64,000 bases of DNA from Catajapyx aquilonaris. Lineage: Eukaryota. Below the pieces are notes generated by a model that ran no database searches, was not told the origin of the DNA, and was given only the letters and a program-made list of their open reading frames with translations. Where the stretch lies: positions 1-64,000 of the forward strand of contig KZ538332.1 of the NCBI GenBank assembly GCA_000934665.2. The letters run 5' to 3'. This document shows positions 26,607 to 40,000 of the stretch, piece by piece. A program made the position numbers and the translations under genes. The first letter of the stretch is position 1; each line of letters starts with the position of its first letter.

Positions 26607-28079
26607 AATGGGAGGTCACAGGCCAGTTATGGGGCAAGAGTTGTTAAAACTTGTGCAGAATTACTGGACTATTTTTCCACATGATAATACGGTAGAAATA
26701 CTACCTTCATATAGCCTTGTTCAAGTGCAGGGAGGTCGAATCAGTTGTAAATGTGTTAATCCAAGTAAATTGCCATTATATTTGTTGGATACTTACTGAT
26801 AGCCTTGCCATTTTGATTTGATATGGATCAGCTAAGAATTGAATGTGTATGTAAAATCAATATTGTTCACTGCAGTGATAGCTTGAAACACACTATTCCA
26901 AAAAAATTACCATGATGGACATGTCTGTGCATCTGGAAGAATTTCATTGCTGTTGAGACATTCTTGTCATTGTGAGGATTATGGATATAATTGTGTGACT
27001 GCATACAGATGTGGTTGTATACTGAAAATTATGTTCCTTGTGGCCAAAGATGTAAGATGTACGTATGTAAGACCATATCATATCCACATATGGTCCAGTT
27101 TCAAATGGAAGTATATTTAAGATATTGTTACATGATCATTTCAAAAGTATTCCAAGGATCAGATGGTAGGCTTTACAGTGAAGGTATGCTTGATTTATTA
27201 GGAAATGAGGAACCTTTCGATTTTCAACGAAACTTTCAGAAACTGAAAGTTGTCATATCAGTTTCCAAAGTGTAATTACAAGGAGTATCTGGTAACATGG
27301 CCACTGGCAATAACTACACTGTAATTAATATACCAGGTGATTCTACAAACACATCTAGACCTCTAAAATAGGTTGAATATGTCATGTTCGCACCAATGTT
27401 AAAAAATTCCAAGCACATTTTGCAACAAAAGCAAGAAAAAACTGCTATATAAGTAGTTAGTGGGGAAGCCCCATTTTTTGCACTCAGAATGAAAAAAATA
27501 AGATGACTAGGCTAAGAGGAGCTACACTATAATAATGATCTTGAGTATTTCACCATAACTAGCATGCTTTTTCTAGTCACTGACGGCAAGACCAGAGAGT
27601 ATGTGAACCGTGAGACTATTGCCTACAGTGCAAGGATGACCCTTGAGATTTTTATTTTTATGAGAGGATATTTCATTGTTTTAGTTTGATTACCTTCTGA
27701 GTTCTTGCATGGTGTATGTTTTCATCTTTACAATAGCTGTGTTGAGACAGAAAGAAATGTGAGGGACAAAGGACAAAGGGAAAGAGATATTTAAGCCAAA
27801 TGAATTGGATGGCACTATTGGCTGCCAATTAGTGTAGATGAAAAGCTCAAGAACACTTCTCATGCATGACTTGTACGATCAGTTTATGGATATTATGAAG
27901 ACAATGATGCTTGAGTTGGATTATTTTTTTGTTTAAAGGAGGCTATAGTTTAGGAGTAAGATAGGAATATGTAGGACACCAATTTTTCTTTGCAAATTAA
28001 TTGTTTGCGTGCAAAAGGTGCATAACAGTGTGAATTTGAGAAGTTAAAAGCTGTAATTGCAAAATGTCGAATCAACTTA

Positions 28080-28660
28080 TGAGGGTCAGTCAATGTATTC
28101 TCGGCCTAACATATGATGAGTTGACATAATATGTCAACTCATCCTATGTTTGGCAGCGTGTCTTTATATTATAAAGACACGCTGCCACTAAATTGTAGTT
28201 GCACTCTCTAGACCTAGTATCCACAAATTTTCAGACTCCCAGTGGAATGAAGCAATAATTTCTTCATTCCACTGCACTGGGAGTCTTGGACACTAAGATG
28301 GTGAAAGTGTGGGCTCTTCTTATGATGAAGAATACCCACACCTCACAATTCGCACTGCCACTGTCACTGGCAAAACAAGTCTCACGCAGAATCTTTCATC
28401 TTTGGGAACAGTGGGTAGTCCATGGTAGTGAGAAGAAGTCACAATATTGTCAGCAGCACCTAGTGCGACGAGTGAGGTCTCCATCGTTAGAAGAGCCCAC
28501 ACTCTCACCATCTTAAGTGTCCAGTATTCCCAGTGGAATGAAGCAATCGCAATGAAACTTTGCGGGTGCTGGTCTAGAGAGTGCCACACTACAATTTAGT
28601 GGCAGCATGTCTTTGTCAACTCTTTCTATGTCAGGCAGAGAATACATAGGCTGACTCTCA
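28080..28660. mobile_element. Palindromic MITE with internal hairpins
   Basis: Inverted ends tgagggtcagtcaatgtattctc / gagaatacataggctgactctca, plus several internal inverted blocks. Confidence 0.65.
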
Positions 28661-28930
28661 CAGATATAGGAGACCAAATATTGTATTTGTAGTTTGCAGT
28701 TCTGTTCCAGATTGGTATTGTCACAACCTATGATAATGCTTAGTGGAGGTGATCCCTAATAATGCCAGATAGAAAGGTGAAAGCAATTTTTCCAATTTGC
28801 ACTTTTAATAGTGAAATTCCAAATTAAAAACTGTGAATTGACAGTGTTTCATAGGAGCTAGGAACATCCCATAAGTTTTGTTTTAACTATGGCAATGGCA
28901 TGTGGTTCCCAATTTCTTAAGTTTCATATA

Positions 28931-29304
28931 CAGTAGAACCCCGATTATCCGTCACCCACAGGCATGGTCGGATAACAGAAAACGTCGGATAATCCTAGGA
29001 GCAAAGGAAACTTGAATGAAACGCAACAAAAAAACATGAAAGAATGAAATGATGTAAAATATTACGGCTTTCTAAAAAAAAATGAAGTATTTATCTTTTG
29101 CATACACACACACACACACTACTGTTTAAAATTTAACGAAGGCAATACAAAACAAATGCTTAGTAGGCCTGCATTACATTATTTGATGAGAAAATATAGA
29201 TTTACTAGAAAAATCCTCGCTACGCTCACATTTTTCTATGGCGCAGGTGTATAAAACCACTTGTATTGCTGCAGCGGGACAGTCGGATAATCTGGGTTCT
29301 ACTG
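28931..29304. mobile_element. Tc1/pogo(Tigger)-like MITE
   Basis: TA-CAGTAGAACCCCGATTATCCG...CGGATAATCTGGGTTCTACTG-TA. Confidence 0.8.
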
Positions 29305-29488
29305 TACTGCACAATTGGCTGAAGCTAACATTTATTAATATTGATGATGGCACAACACTCGAGTTGCACCTTTCCAGTGGGAATTACCATATGAAGGTGC
29401 ACATTAATTTTGTTGCTTCAAGTTAGGGAACACTATTTGACTCAAAAATTACGATTTTACTTACTCGTACCATTGTCGTGAATATTAA

Positions 29489-30125
29489 GGGGGCGCAGTA
29501 GCAAAAATACGGTAAACCAGATGGCTCTGCAGCTATAGCTGTCTAAGCTAGTCTGCCGATTGTTTGTGCAACAATAGATTTGTTGCCCCCTCGCAAACAA
29601 TCCCCCGTCCTGTTGCCATGCCGCCTTCCCCCACTTCCCGCCCTACATTTGAACCTTAGACGCGCATCTAGTTTCGTATCTCTCCTGCGACAATTAGCGC
29701 CCCTGGCGACGACCCAAAAAACTTGTGTATGCATGCAGCATTATAGGACGATTCGACATCGCAATCGACACAAATATTGAACACACAAAAAAGTAAATTA
29801 TCTGGCGCAGGGCACCTAGATCGTCTTTTTCCCCCATTTTCGGCCTAGAAATGACCTTGACGGCGAGTTGAAGTGAGCGGAAAACGACGTTTCCGAAAAG
29901 TCCACTTGAATAACAGCGGAAAAAATAGCTTGGAAATCGTACGCATTTCTGCGACCGCATGTCCACAATTTTAATGTGCGCAGTCTTGTCGAGTCTGGTA
30001 TCATTGTCAAGGCCAAACCTTTGCGCAGGGCACCTACTAGTTCTTGTTTTTCGAGATTAACGACGCGTTTCGCGACAAAAAATTAAGCTCCCGACGAAAT
30101 GCATTCGACCGTATTTTTGCTGCTG
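29489..30125 (+). mobile_element. Kolobok-like non-autonomous element, copy 2
   Basis: Same terminus after TTAA; partial right TIR ACCGTATTTTTGCTGCTG. Confidence 0.75.
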
Positions 30126-30914
30126 TGGATGAATTCTGGAAGGTTTACTGATGCCTCAGTGGCAATATTAAATAGGAAAAAAATAGGAAATTCACAACTT
30201 TCAAACTCAGATTTTCACAATTCAAATGTTCATTCAACCTATTTTTTAAAATTAATAAGAATAATTGGCTACCCTATAAAAACCCTGGTTTTTTTAGGGA
30301 TTAAAAAAATCCTCATCTACTGCATATTAATCACTGTGCTTCTGATGCACTGCGATTGTTGGAGGAAACCCATCAAAAATCTTTCCACATTCCAATAATT
30401 GTAATGTAAGTAAATGAGAGAGGTTCCAAATTTTGCAAAAATTTTCCACAGACAGTAGGCCTACTGTAATATTGCTGTTTTTAATGCTGGATTTGAAACT
30501 TTATTCACATTTAATGGGAGGATCCAGGTTGATACTGCCTTACCTCAAGTCAATATATATTGTTTAATACAGAATAATGTGCATGATAAACTGGGAGCTG
30601 AAATGCAGGTAAATATTTTATTAAATAATGCTATTTAAAGACCACTCATCTATACTATAGAGGGTAATTCCTATGCTTCTGGCTCTCTGAGCCAGCTTCT
30701 CTTTTGTTTCTCCCCAATATTGAAACATGGAAGGCAGGATTTGCAGCCAGTTTGTACTTCCATTCACTGAGCAGTGAAAAGGTGTAAGACACACTTAATA
30801 ATGCATCAGTTTGCATATTCTTCCACAAATTAAAGGCAGAAAGTAAGATTTGACTATTAATGAATTGTATTTTTTATTTACAGGCTGAAATCCAGAATCT
30901 GAAGTGAGCCAAGA

Positions 30915-31055
30915 ATGGCAGAAGCCCACTCAGCTGTTGCCTTCTCATTTGCCATCACTCATGAAGGGGTCAATGTTAACTTTGACCTTGAGGTTTTACA
31001 TCTAGTATGGGAGTCAGGGGTTAGGTCCTGGAAAAAGAGACTTGCGCGCTTTAAG
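30915..31055 (+). CDS. CPT1: CPT1 coding exon 1
   Basis: MAEAH...LARFK, AAG/gtaag donor; an acceptor at 30883 implies upstream UTR exon(s). Confidence 0.95.
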
Positions 31056-34000
31056 GTAAGGATGGTGAAGCAACACCTGCAAATATTGCCAGTTATATGG
31101 CATAATGTTAATGGCTTAATTGACTGTCCATTTGGTAGGAAGGGAGTTACAATCTCCTCTGTTGAATACTTGTTCCTCGGTTGGAACTGTTAAGAAATGC
31201 ACACATCTTGCAATTAATTTCTTCCTCTTCAAGGTATTTTTTTCCTTTCTTGAACAATGTGATTTTCAAGTGTCTATATCAGGATTACCCCTCCTGTGGG
31301 GTAAATATGAATACTTTTATTTTATTTTTAAAATAAACATTTGAATTGCATAAAAATGTTTCGTCAACATATTTGTGTAAGTCATTTCATGTTACGCAAT
31401 ATGGCTTTTCCTTAGCACACTTGCAAATCATGTGTTCAGGAAAGCCGAGTTAACCGGCAAACCTTAATACAGTCTTAAGGTGCTTTCATTTAATATGCTA
31501 CATGCCTAGGTTATCAGTTTTATTTCTTGCTTAAAGTAGGTAATAACATTTCCATATGACTGATACATTGTTTATTTAGCCTTTATAGTATATAAACTCT
31601 AATTTTGCTCCACGTTGTACCTTTCATACTAGGTGAACTAAAATACTTGCCCCACTGCTACGGCTGTTTGTTGGCACTAAGCTGCTTGTTTTAAGCAGTT
31701 ACATTTGTAGTTTTAATGGTTATCAAAGGTATTAGAATTGATGATAATATTAGGTTCCATGTTTAAAGCCTGCAAGCCATGTCCAAAGTGGGCTTTGTCA
31801 TTGATTTGAGATGTGAATTGTACCAATGGGTTATTCCTAATGGGAAATACTTTGCAGTTCAGAGCTCAAATGCATAATTCAGTTTGGCCTAATATTAGCA
31901 GCTAATACTTTTGATAATCATTAACCCTTAACTACGTAGGTGGAGCCTGAGAGGCTCCAAGCACTATTTAAACGCATGTAACTTTTTCATTGAATTTTAT
32001 TTTCCCCTGTCCTTCCGTGACTTTGTCAGAAAAACCTTCCTAAGCATGAAAAGGAAAGAAAAAATTTTTTAGTCCCTATTATTTGGTTTAAAAAAATTCG
32101 TAACGAGGAACAGGTCCCTCCTGGAACCGCTCAGGCTCTATATCTCGTAGGTGAAGCCTGAGCGGCTCAAGCATGATGTAACCTTTTAATTAAAAAATTT
32201 TCCCTGTCGGAATATGCTGACTCAGCGTGTGATTTTTACGTTTTCGGAAGCCTAATGATCTGAACTGCACTTTCTGCATGCGAAAAGTCCAATATAACAA
32301 TTTAGTTGATAAGCAGAAATTTAAATATACCGTTGGAGCCTCTCAGGCTCCACCTACGTAGTTAAAGGTGTTTCACCCACCTATGTAGTTAAGGGTTAAA
32401 AGTATACAAAAGTGGATTGGGAGACCACATTCATTGCATGGCCCCACAGATCACCAGATCTAACTCCTCCTGACTTTTTCTTGGGGTGGTGATGTTACAG
32501 ACCAGGTGTATGATACAAGGTGTGTAATCTGGAAGACTTGCATGAGAAAATTTGTGCTCCAATCATCAATGAATGACATTGATTGAGGTAGACTACTGAT
32601 TGTACATTTGCTGCACCATCACTGGAACTCATGTTGATTAGTATTAGACATGCAAATAAACCTTCAGACCTGCTCTTTACGCTGGTGCACACCTTCTGTC
32701 ATTATAGAGCTAGTACCTTGAATGTTACAAATTTTCTTTTATTATATGTCTTAAGTGGAAGACCCTGTATTTAGGCTCACCTCCTATAGTGGGATTTGAC
32801 AATGACTATTTGTACAGTGTTGGTCATATATCGAGGCAACCGCCAGCGACATTTTTCAAAGCGACAGAAGAAGGAATCGAAGATAAGCATATTTACAAGC
32901 CGGGCGAGCAAGATTCCTGCTTCTGCCGCTTCGGAAAATGTCGCTGGCGGTTGCCTCGATATATGACCAACAATGTACATTACATGTGCTTATTTACCAA
33001 GGAAAACACATGCTAGTTGGCTACTTGTCAATAATACATGTTATTAAATCAGTTGATGTTGTTTCAGAATGGCGTCAAAAGTGGTGTGTATCCTGCCCCT
33101 CTGCACAGCCTGGGTATAGTCATCAGTATTTTTGCAGCATTGTACTTCTCAGGATTTGACATCACTTTTGGCCTTGTAGATTTAATAGTGCACTTCTTTC
33201 CAAGGTTGGTACTTGCATTTTCATTTTTTTTAGCAGGAACATATTAGATCATATTAATGCTCTCTCTCTCTCTCATTATTTCATATATTGTAGGCTCACA
33301 TTTATATGGCTTTTAGTAAGCTGCGCCTTATCTGCCTTCATATTATGGATCACATGCATATTAATGATCAGGTACACCCTGAAAATTCTACTCATGTACA
33401 AAGGTACTGTTGCAAGTGCACTTCTGAAGACTTTTGTAACCTGCGCTTGATTTTTTCTCCTGTTGTGACCCTGTCAGGTTGGATGTATGAAGAGAGAGGA
33501 AAAGGACGTAAAATATCAAGTGCAACACGTCTATGGTTCCTGTTTGTGAAGGCCTTCTCTGGATGGAGCATCCCAATGCTGTACAGCTTTCAGGGATCTC
33601 TCCCCAGACTACCCTTGCCTTCACTGGATGACACAATGACTAGGGTAAAAATTGTTACTTTTGAAAGAGGCAGATTTTCTCCCTTGAGTGCATTCTGGTA
33701 TTTACACACGAGCAGTGGCGTAGCGAGGGTTAGGAGCCAAAAATTGCCGCCCCCTTCAACTTGCCGCCCAGGGCGGCTCGCCTCCACCTCGCTACGCCAC
33801 TGCGCACAAGTCACCCAAGTCGCATGCAATCCAGGGGAAAGAATGATACAGTAATTGGTACTTTTCCGTTTGCTGATACCCACTATGGGCATTTTCTGGA
33901 ACAGGCCTACCCTTTGTTATTCTGTGGAGATGCAGTAAACAGTGTCAACAATAGGGCACTCGCTTTGGTTAGTAATATAATATATTTTTTCTGTTCCTAC

Positions 34001-37000
34001 AGTACCTGAGAAGCGTTTGTCCTCTACTTGATGAGCAGCAATACTCAAGGATGGAGTCACTAGCCAATGAATTCCGAAATGGCATTGGGAAGAAGTTGCA
34101 ACGCTATCTGCATCTCAAGTCATGGTGAGGCATGTCAAATATTAATCTAAGTGTTCAGTTGTATGTAAAGCCTAATTCCTTATGAACCACTGGCTGTTGA
34201 AATTGTGACCAGAATTAACTTGCTATCCAAGCTGGATTTTTCGCCATGAGATGTGTGACATTGTTTAGCATAATCTCAATTTCTGATCATGATAGGTGCT
34301 ATTACGTTAAGGACAATTCACACTCAAGACATGTTCAGTGATGTGTGCCCAACATGCCTAATAGGAAGAGAGCCAGAGTCATGCATGAATTATTATCAGG
34401 ATCATACCTTGAGTGCATTTGGCCCTCTAGTGTTAATTAATGTTAATATTTGGATAATCCATGAGTAACAATAATTGGTCTCAGGATCAGTTATTATTAT
34501 TATTATTATTTTATTTTTATTATTATTTATTTTTACGTTACACCGTGATAAGGCGGAGCCTTTTTAGGGGGGTGGCACACCACCATCAGTTTTCTAGTCA
34601 CTCTGAACTATTTTTTATTTGCTCACCGGTGCAAGGAGACAGGGACATGGGTAAGGATAGGGATTTTTGAGGAGGGAACATAGGATGCAAGTGCAAGGTC
34701 GGTAAAGGGTCTTGTGCTGTTCCCCAGGAGGTTAGGTTGCCAGACACCTCCAAGGTGCAGGTCAGAGACCCTCCTGACGCAGGTGAAAAGAATGTTCCCT
34801 AGGCGGGGATCGAACCTGGGGCCTTTCACTCAGCAAGCCGAGACGTTACCATCTCGGCCATCTACACCTCCCCCAGGATCAGTTATATTACAGAGTGGGC
34901 TATGGGAAAACATCGATGTGATGTGCTGTTGATTATGCCCATAACCAATGTCCTTGATTTTGTCAGGTCCTCCTAACATTGTCAAGTTGAGAGTCGCAGG
35001 ATGTTTGACACTGTTCATATACAGGCATGGCCATCCAAGCCATCCAGTTGTTCAAAATGTCAGTGGTATCTGCCCAACTCGTAGTTTTAGCACTGTGAAT
35101 TAAGATTGTGTTAATTTTGGTACATGGAGTATTATAAATTACCTGTACTAGTAAAACAATAATTAATAATTTATTTCTTCCAAAGGTGGTCGTCCAATTA
35201 CGTGTCAGATTGGTGGGAGGAGTATGTATACCTGAGGGGAAGAACCCCACTGATGGTGAACTCGAACTTTTATGGTATGGATGCAGTTTTCATCCACCCA
35301 ACCACAATTCAGACAGCTAGAGCTGCCAACATCATACATGGAGCACTACTTTTCCGAAGAGCAATTGATCGACAGGAATTGGAACCGGTAGGGATCAAAT
35401 AGAGCGTAAAGTTATTGTGCCCATGTAAATGTTCCCACTTGTGCTGCTTTATTATAGCACAAATGTGATAAATGCTGACACAGCAATGACAAATATTGCA
35501 TTAGAGTAACCTTAGTTAAATATATGGTTTTTGTGTGGCTTCTTTACTTTTTTTGAGAGAGAAATAATCACATTCATGTAACCATAAAAAGTTGCCATAA
35601 ATGGGCCCAATTATTTACCCCTGGCAACAAACCCCCCCTAAAAAAAGGCTTGAACTTAACCTTATTTTGATATGGCATGCCATTTCACACTTCACACCAA
35701 AAAATTAAATTGATGAGTCTTTTTTTTTTTGCTTTAAACTTTTTTTGAGTTGTCATAATGTTAGTTTGAACATTTCCAGATCCGTATCCAGGGCTTGGTA
35801 CCCCTGTGTTCTTGGCAGTATGAGCGTGTTTTCAACACAGCCAGAGTGCCTGGAGAGGAGACCGACACAATAGTGCACTACATGGACAGCCAGCACATAG
35901 TTGTCTATCACAAGGGCAGGTACTACAAAGTCATCATCCACTACAAGGGACGCCTTCTGAAGCCATGTGAGATAGAGCTGTGAGTCAACATAATGTTTGA
36001 ACACAACAATGGGGGCTGAAGATTCACAAGAGGGATTGAATTGGTAGTGTAATGGGCTGATTCCAATTTTACTTTTATTAAAATGCAGTCAGCTGCAGAT
36101 GATCGTGAATGATGACAGTGATTCAGAGAAAGGAGAAGAGAAGTTAGCAACCTTAACTGCAGACAACAGAACCACCTGGGCAAGAACCCGGACGAAGTAC
36201 TTCCGCAAGGGTGTCAACCGTGTAGCTCTCGATGCAATTGAAAAGTCTGCTTTTGTCGTAGCACTGGATGAAGTGGAATATGTGTATGATGCTGTAAGTG
36301 GAAGTTCTCATTTTTTATTGAAACTTACAGGGATATTGAACAGAGGCAATGTACAGCATAAGTAATGGATCCTTGCCAGGATTGTGCTCTGGGTGTCAAT
36401 GATTGTTAGGGGAAGTTGTTTCAAAGAATATTAGCTGAAAAAGTGAAACTGTTTGTCAGTATAATTATGTTCCCTAAGTTGTGAAAATACAAAACACATG
36501 AATTTGCAATTTTTTGTGCTTGAATTAGCCACAGACAGTGCTAGGAACCTCCCATAATTTTAATTTTAATTTTTATGGAAATGGTACACTATACCCAATT
36601 TTTTAAACTCCATTGTTCAATGAATCATAACTCAAATGGAATGAGCATCTGCTTAAATTCATTTTCCCCATTGTAATTCACTGAAGTATTGCAACTTACA
36701 AGGGAACATCGGGACGTGATAATAACAGATTTGGCCAAAAATCTATCAGTGGGTAAATCACATGGGTACTTTTCACTGGTGAGTGTAAAAAGACCCACTT
36801 CTCAGCTATTTTCAAGATATGAGTGACGACAGGTCCAGAGTGCTCAAGAGCACATTCTCACAGTAGCACAAACCGCATGAGATAACGGACAACGGGTTTC
36901 GGATTCGGATTTAGCGTGGCCAAAATAGGTGTCATGATCAACTTCCGGTTTTTCCCTGTTTACTCTATCCACGCAAGTCTGCTGAACAGACGGGTTACCA

Positions 37001-40000
37001 TACAATAGTTTAGATATTAGTTTCTTTTGATTCGTGACCAAGTGTCTCTGAGATCTGCCTAAATTTTATCTGGCGCTATGGCACAGGAGCAGTGGAATTA
37101 ATTCTTGAAGTTTCACCTGATTGCGATGCTCAAGCTTGGCTGCCATGATGTTATCGCTCAGGCCAATACTGGAATTGATACACTGCCTAGGTTACGATAT
37201 CCATCATGCAGCTTGGCCTCGCGTGATATATTGATACTTACATCTGTGACCAATGTGATGTACCGTGCCATTCAAATCCAACAATAATGACATAGAATGT
37301 TGTCAGCCTCATTTCCGCTCCCAAAATTAATGAGAAAAAGCCTACTCGAATCGCGCTTCCGTGATTTGGCAATCTTGTTTTATATTACCGTATGTGTTTT
37401 TCTTGGCAAGGATGGGTCCCCTTACGGCCTACGTTAAACACTGACAACAAAAAATCTGAAGGCGTGTACCTTCCCCTGCATATTTTTATTTTATTTTTTA
37501 TTTTATTTACCTTGTTCTGCCCCTATTTGGGGCTATGAGGGGAAACTCCACTTTTCATTTCTTTACAACATCTGAATAATAGTAGTAATAATAATAATAA
37601 CAAAACCAAGCACATCTTCTTAGCCTTAACCTAAATCACATAACCGTATATACCCTACAAAAAATCTATAGAAAAAACCATTTCTCTGTTCAGATGGGTA
37701 AAAAACCAGTGTGTTCTGTCTGGGGCCTTCCCCTGCATATGAAAAACTGCATAAAGTGGTAATCTGGAATATTAAAAATTACATTGCGGGTTGCATGATG
37801 CTCAATAATGTAAAACGTCATGTTTGTGTGTATTAACAGTTAATTGTGACTAAAATTTTCACAATATGGGCACTAACGATACTCCCTCACATACTTTTAT
37901 GACTATAAAAGCTGGAGACAATTTTACATTTGCATTCAATGCAAAATTGTCTTGACTAGAAAAAGGGGGCGGGGAAGGGGACAAAAAAAAGAGCAGGCGG
38001 GACCGGGGGTTTACAAGGCGGGTGCTCTAGTCTAAACAGTATTGAGTAGGCCCGATCTGTCGTCACTCACATCTCGAAATCAGCTATGGGTCTTTTTACG
38101 CTTACCACTGAATTCTACGCATGTGATTTACCCACAGAGCGATTTTTGGCCAAATCTGTTATGTCGCGATGTTCCCTTGTTAGTGCAATAGGCATTGATT
38201 TAATTAAGTGTTAGTTTTAGTGAATTCTATGACTTAAAAATTAGTCATCCTATATCAGTTCCATAAAAAATAAACATTCTGGGGGGTTCCTAGCACTTTT
38301 CTGGGGCCATTTCAAGAGCCAAAAAATTTCCAAATTCAGGAGTTTCAAGCTCATGTTTTCACAGCTCAGGGAACAGATATTGATAAATTGAGTTTCACTT
38401 TTCATCTAATATTTTAAGGAACAACTTCCCCTAAAATTATCAAGACACAGAGCAAGTCAATCCTGGGAGGGAGCCTTTCTGATTTTTGTCATTTGACTCC
38501 CATTAAATAGCATTGTGGCAACTAAATGCACAGATTAGTACTAGAAAGACTGATGTAAATAATCCAGTGATTGGGGGGGGGGGGGGTCTGAAATTTATGC
38601 CACATAGCTGAAAGTGAATTTAAAAGTTACTAATTATAGTAATATATGATCCTTTCAGAAAGATGCAAGCAAGCTCAACTTTTATGGCAGGATGATGCTA
38701 CATGGGAAAGGTTATGATCGGTGGTTTGACAAGTCCTTCACAGTTGTTGTGGGATGCAACGGGAAGGTAAGTTTACGTATTTCATCCTGCTTTCCGGCTG
38801 CAATTGATGTAAAGAATTGCATGCTTGCTTATTTGGCTTTAATTGGAGACTGTTAAGCCAGATTGAAAACATAAAACTGTTGAAAGGAAAATTCGAAATA
38901 ATTTTGACTACTGGAATCATTCCAAAATATATGAAGCCGTTTTTGAAAGTCCGTGGTCATGCCTATTCGTAACATCAAATCATTCATGAAAATGAGGGAT
39001 GATGGGTGGGGTAAGAGGCACTGTGGTGAGCAAACAAAAATTTAATACACTTGGACATCTTAAGCCTCCTATGTGATGATGTTTATAAATTATGCCTTTA
39101 TTGTTGATGTAATTATTCGCACAATTTTTCTCAACTGGAAAGAATCTCAGAGTGAGAGGTCAAAGTCAGCTAGATAATCATCTTCTGCAAACTACAATGG
39201 CACCACTATGTGGGAAGTGGCAAAAAATAGATAATAGATAGGCTGGGTTTCATCTGGCAACCCTCAATGGATGGGGAGAATATGCACATTCAAACCCATT
39301 CTCTCTGCACTATAAACAGAAGGTCATAACTTTGCCACTGAGGTGTCACTGCTGGCTGTTCCTTCACCTGATGAACCCATTCTTGCAGGCGATGTATTCC
39401 TTCTACCTTTGACCTCTCACTCTGGGGTTATGTTTCTATTTTGAGGAAAATTTATTGCACTCTTGGAATTAAGATTTTTGCCAAATTGTTGGAGCCCAAC
39501 TTGTCAAAGGTGCACTGGGTTTCTGCAAGTGTATAGAGAGAGTTTGGCCAACAAGACATTTGGGAGACCCTGTGTTATTGCCTCATAATGTTGGAACTAG
39601 AATTTGTTTCACTACAACTACCATATTTTTAAAGCTGGTAGTAGTTGCAATATTGGAGTATAGCATGCAGGAAACAACAATACAAATTGCCAGGGTTTAG
39701 AGATGAAAAAACAGGGCATCCAAAAGGCTAGCTGGCACACCTCAATACATGAGTCATATATTATTTCAGATACTTGATCTTTTGCATGTCCTGTGAATGG
39801 CTGTGGCTGTGGAAATGGTACGGACACTACGGGGTAAGCTGACCATTGACAAGTGTCCGTACCATTTCCCCACTGATAGTATCTCACTTTCCATTTGAGA
39901 AGTGCAAGTAACTTGTACTGATGAGAGTTGTTTCTTTTCAGATTGGTTTCAATGCAGAACATTCGTGGTAAGTTCATATACTGCGTATTATGGTACCTTC

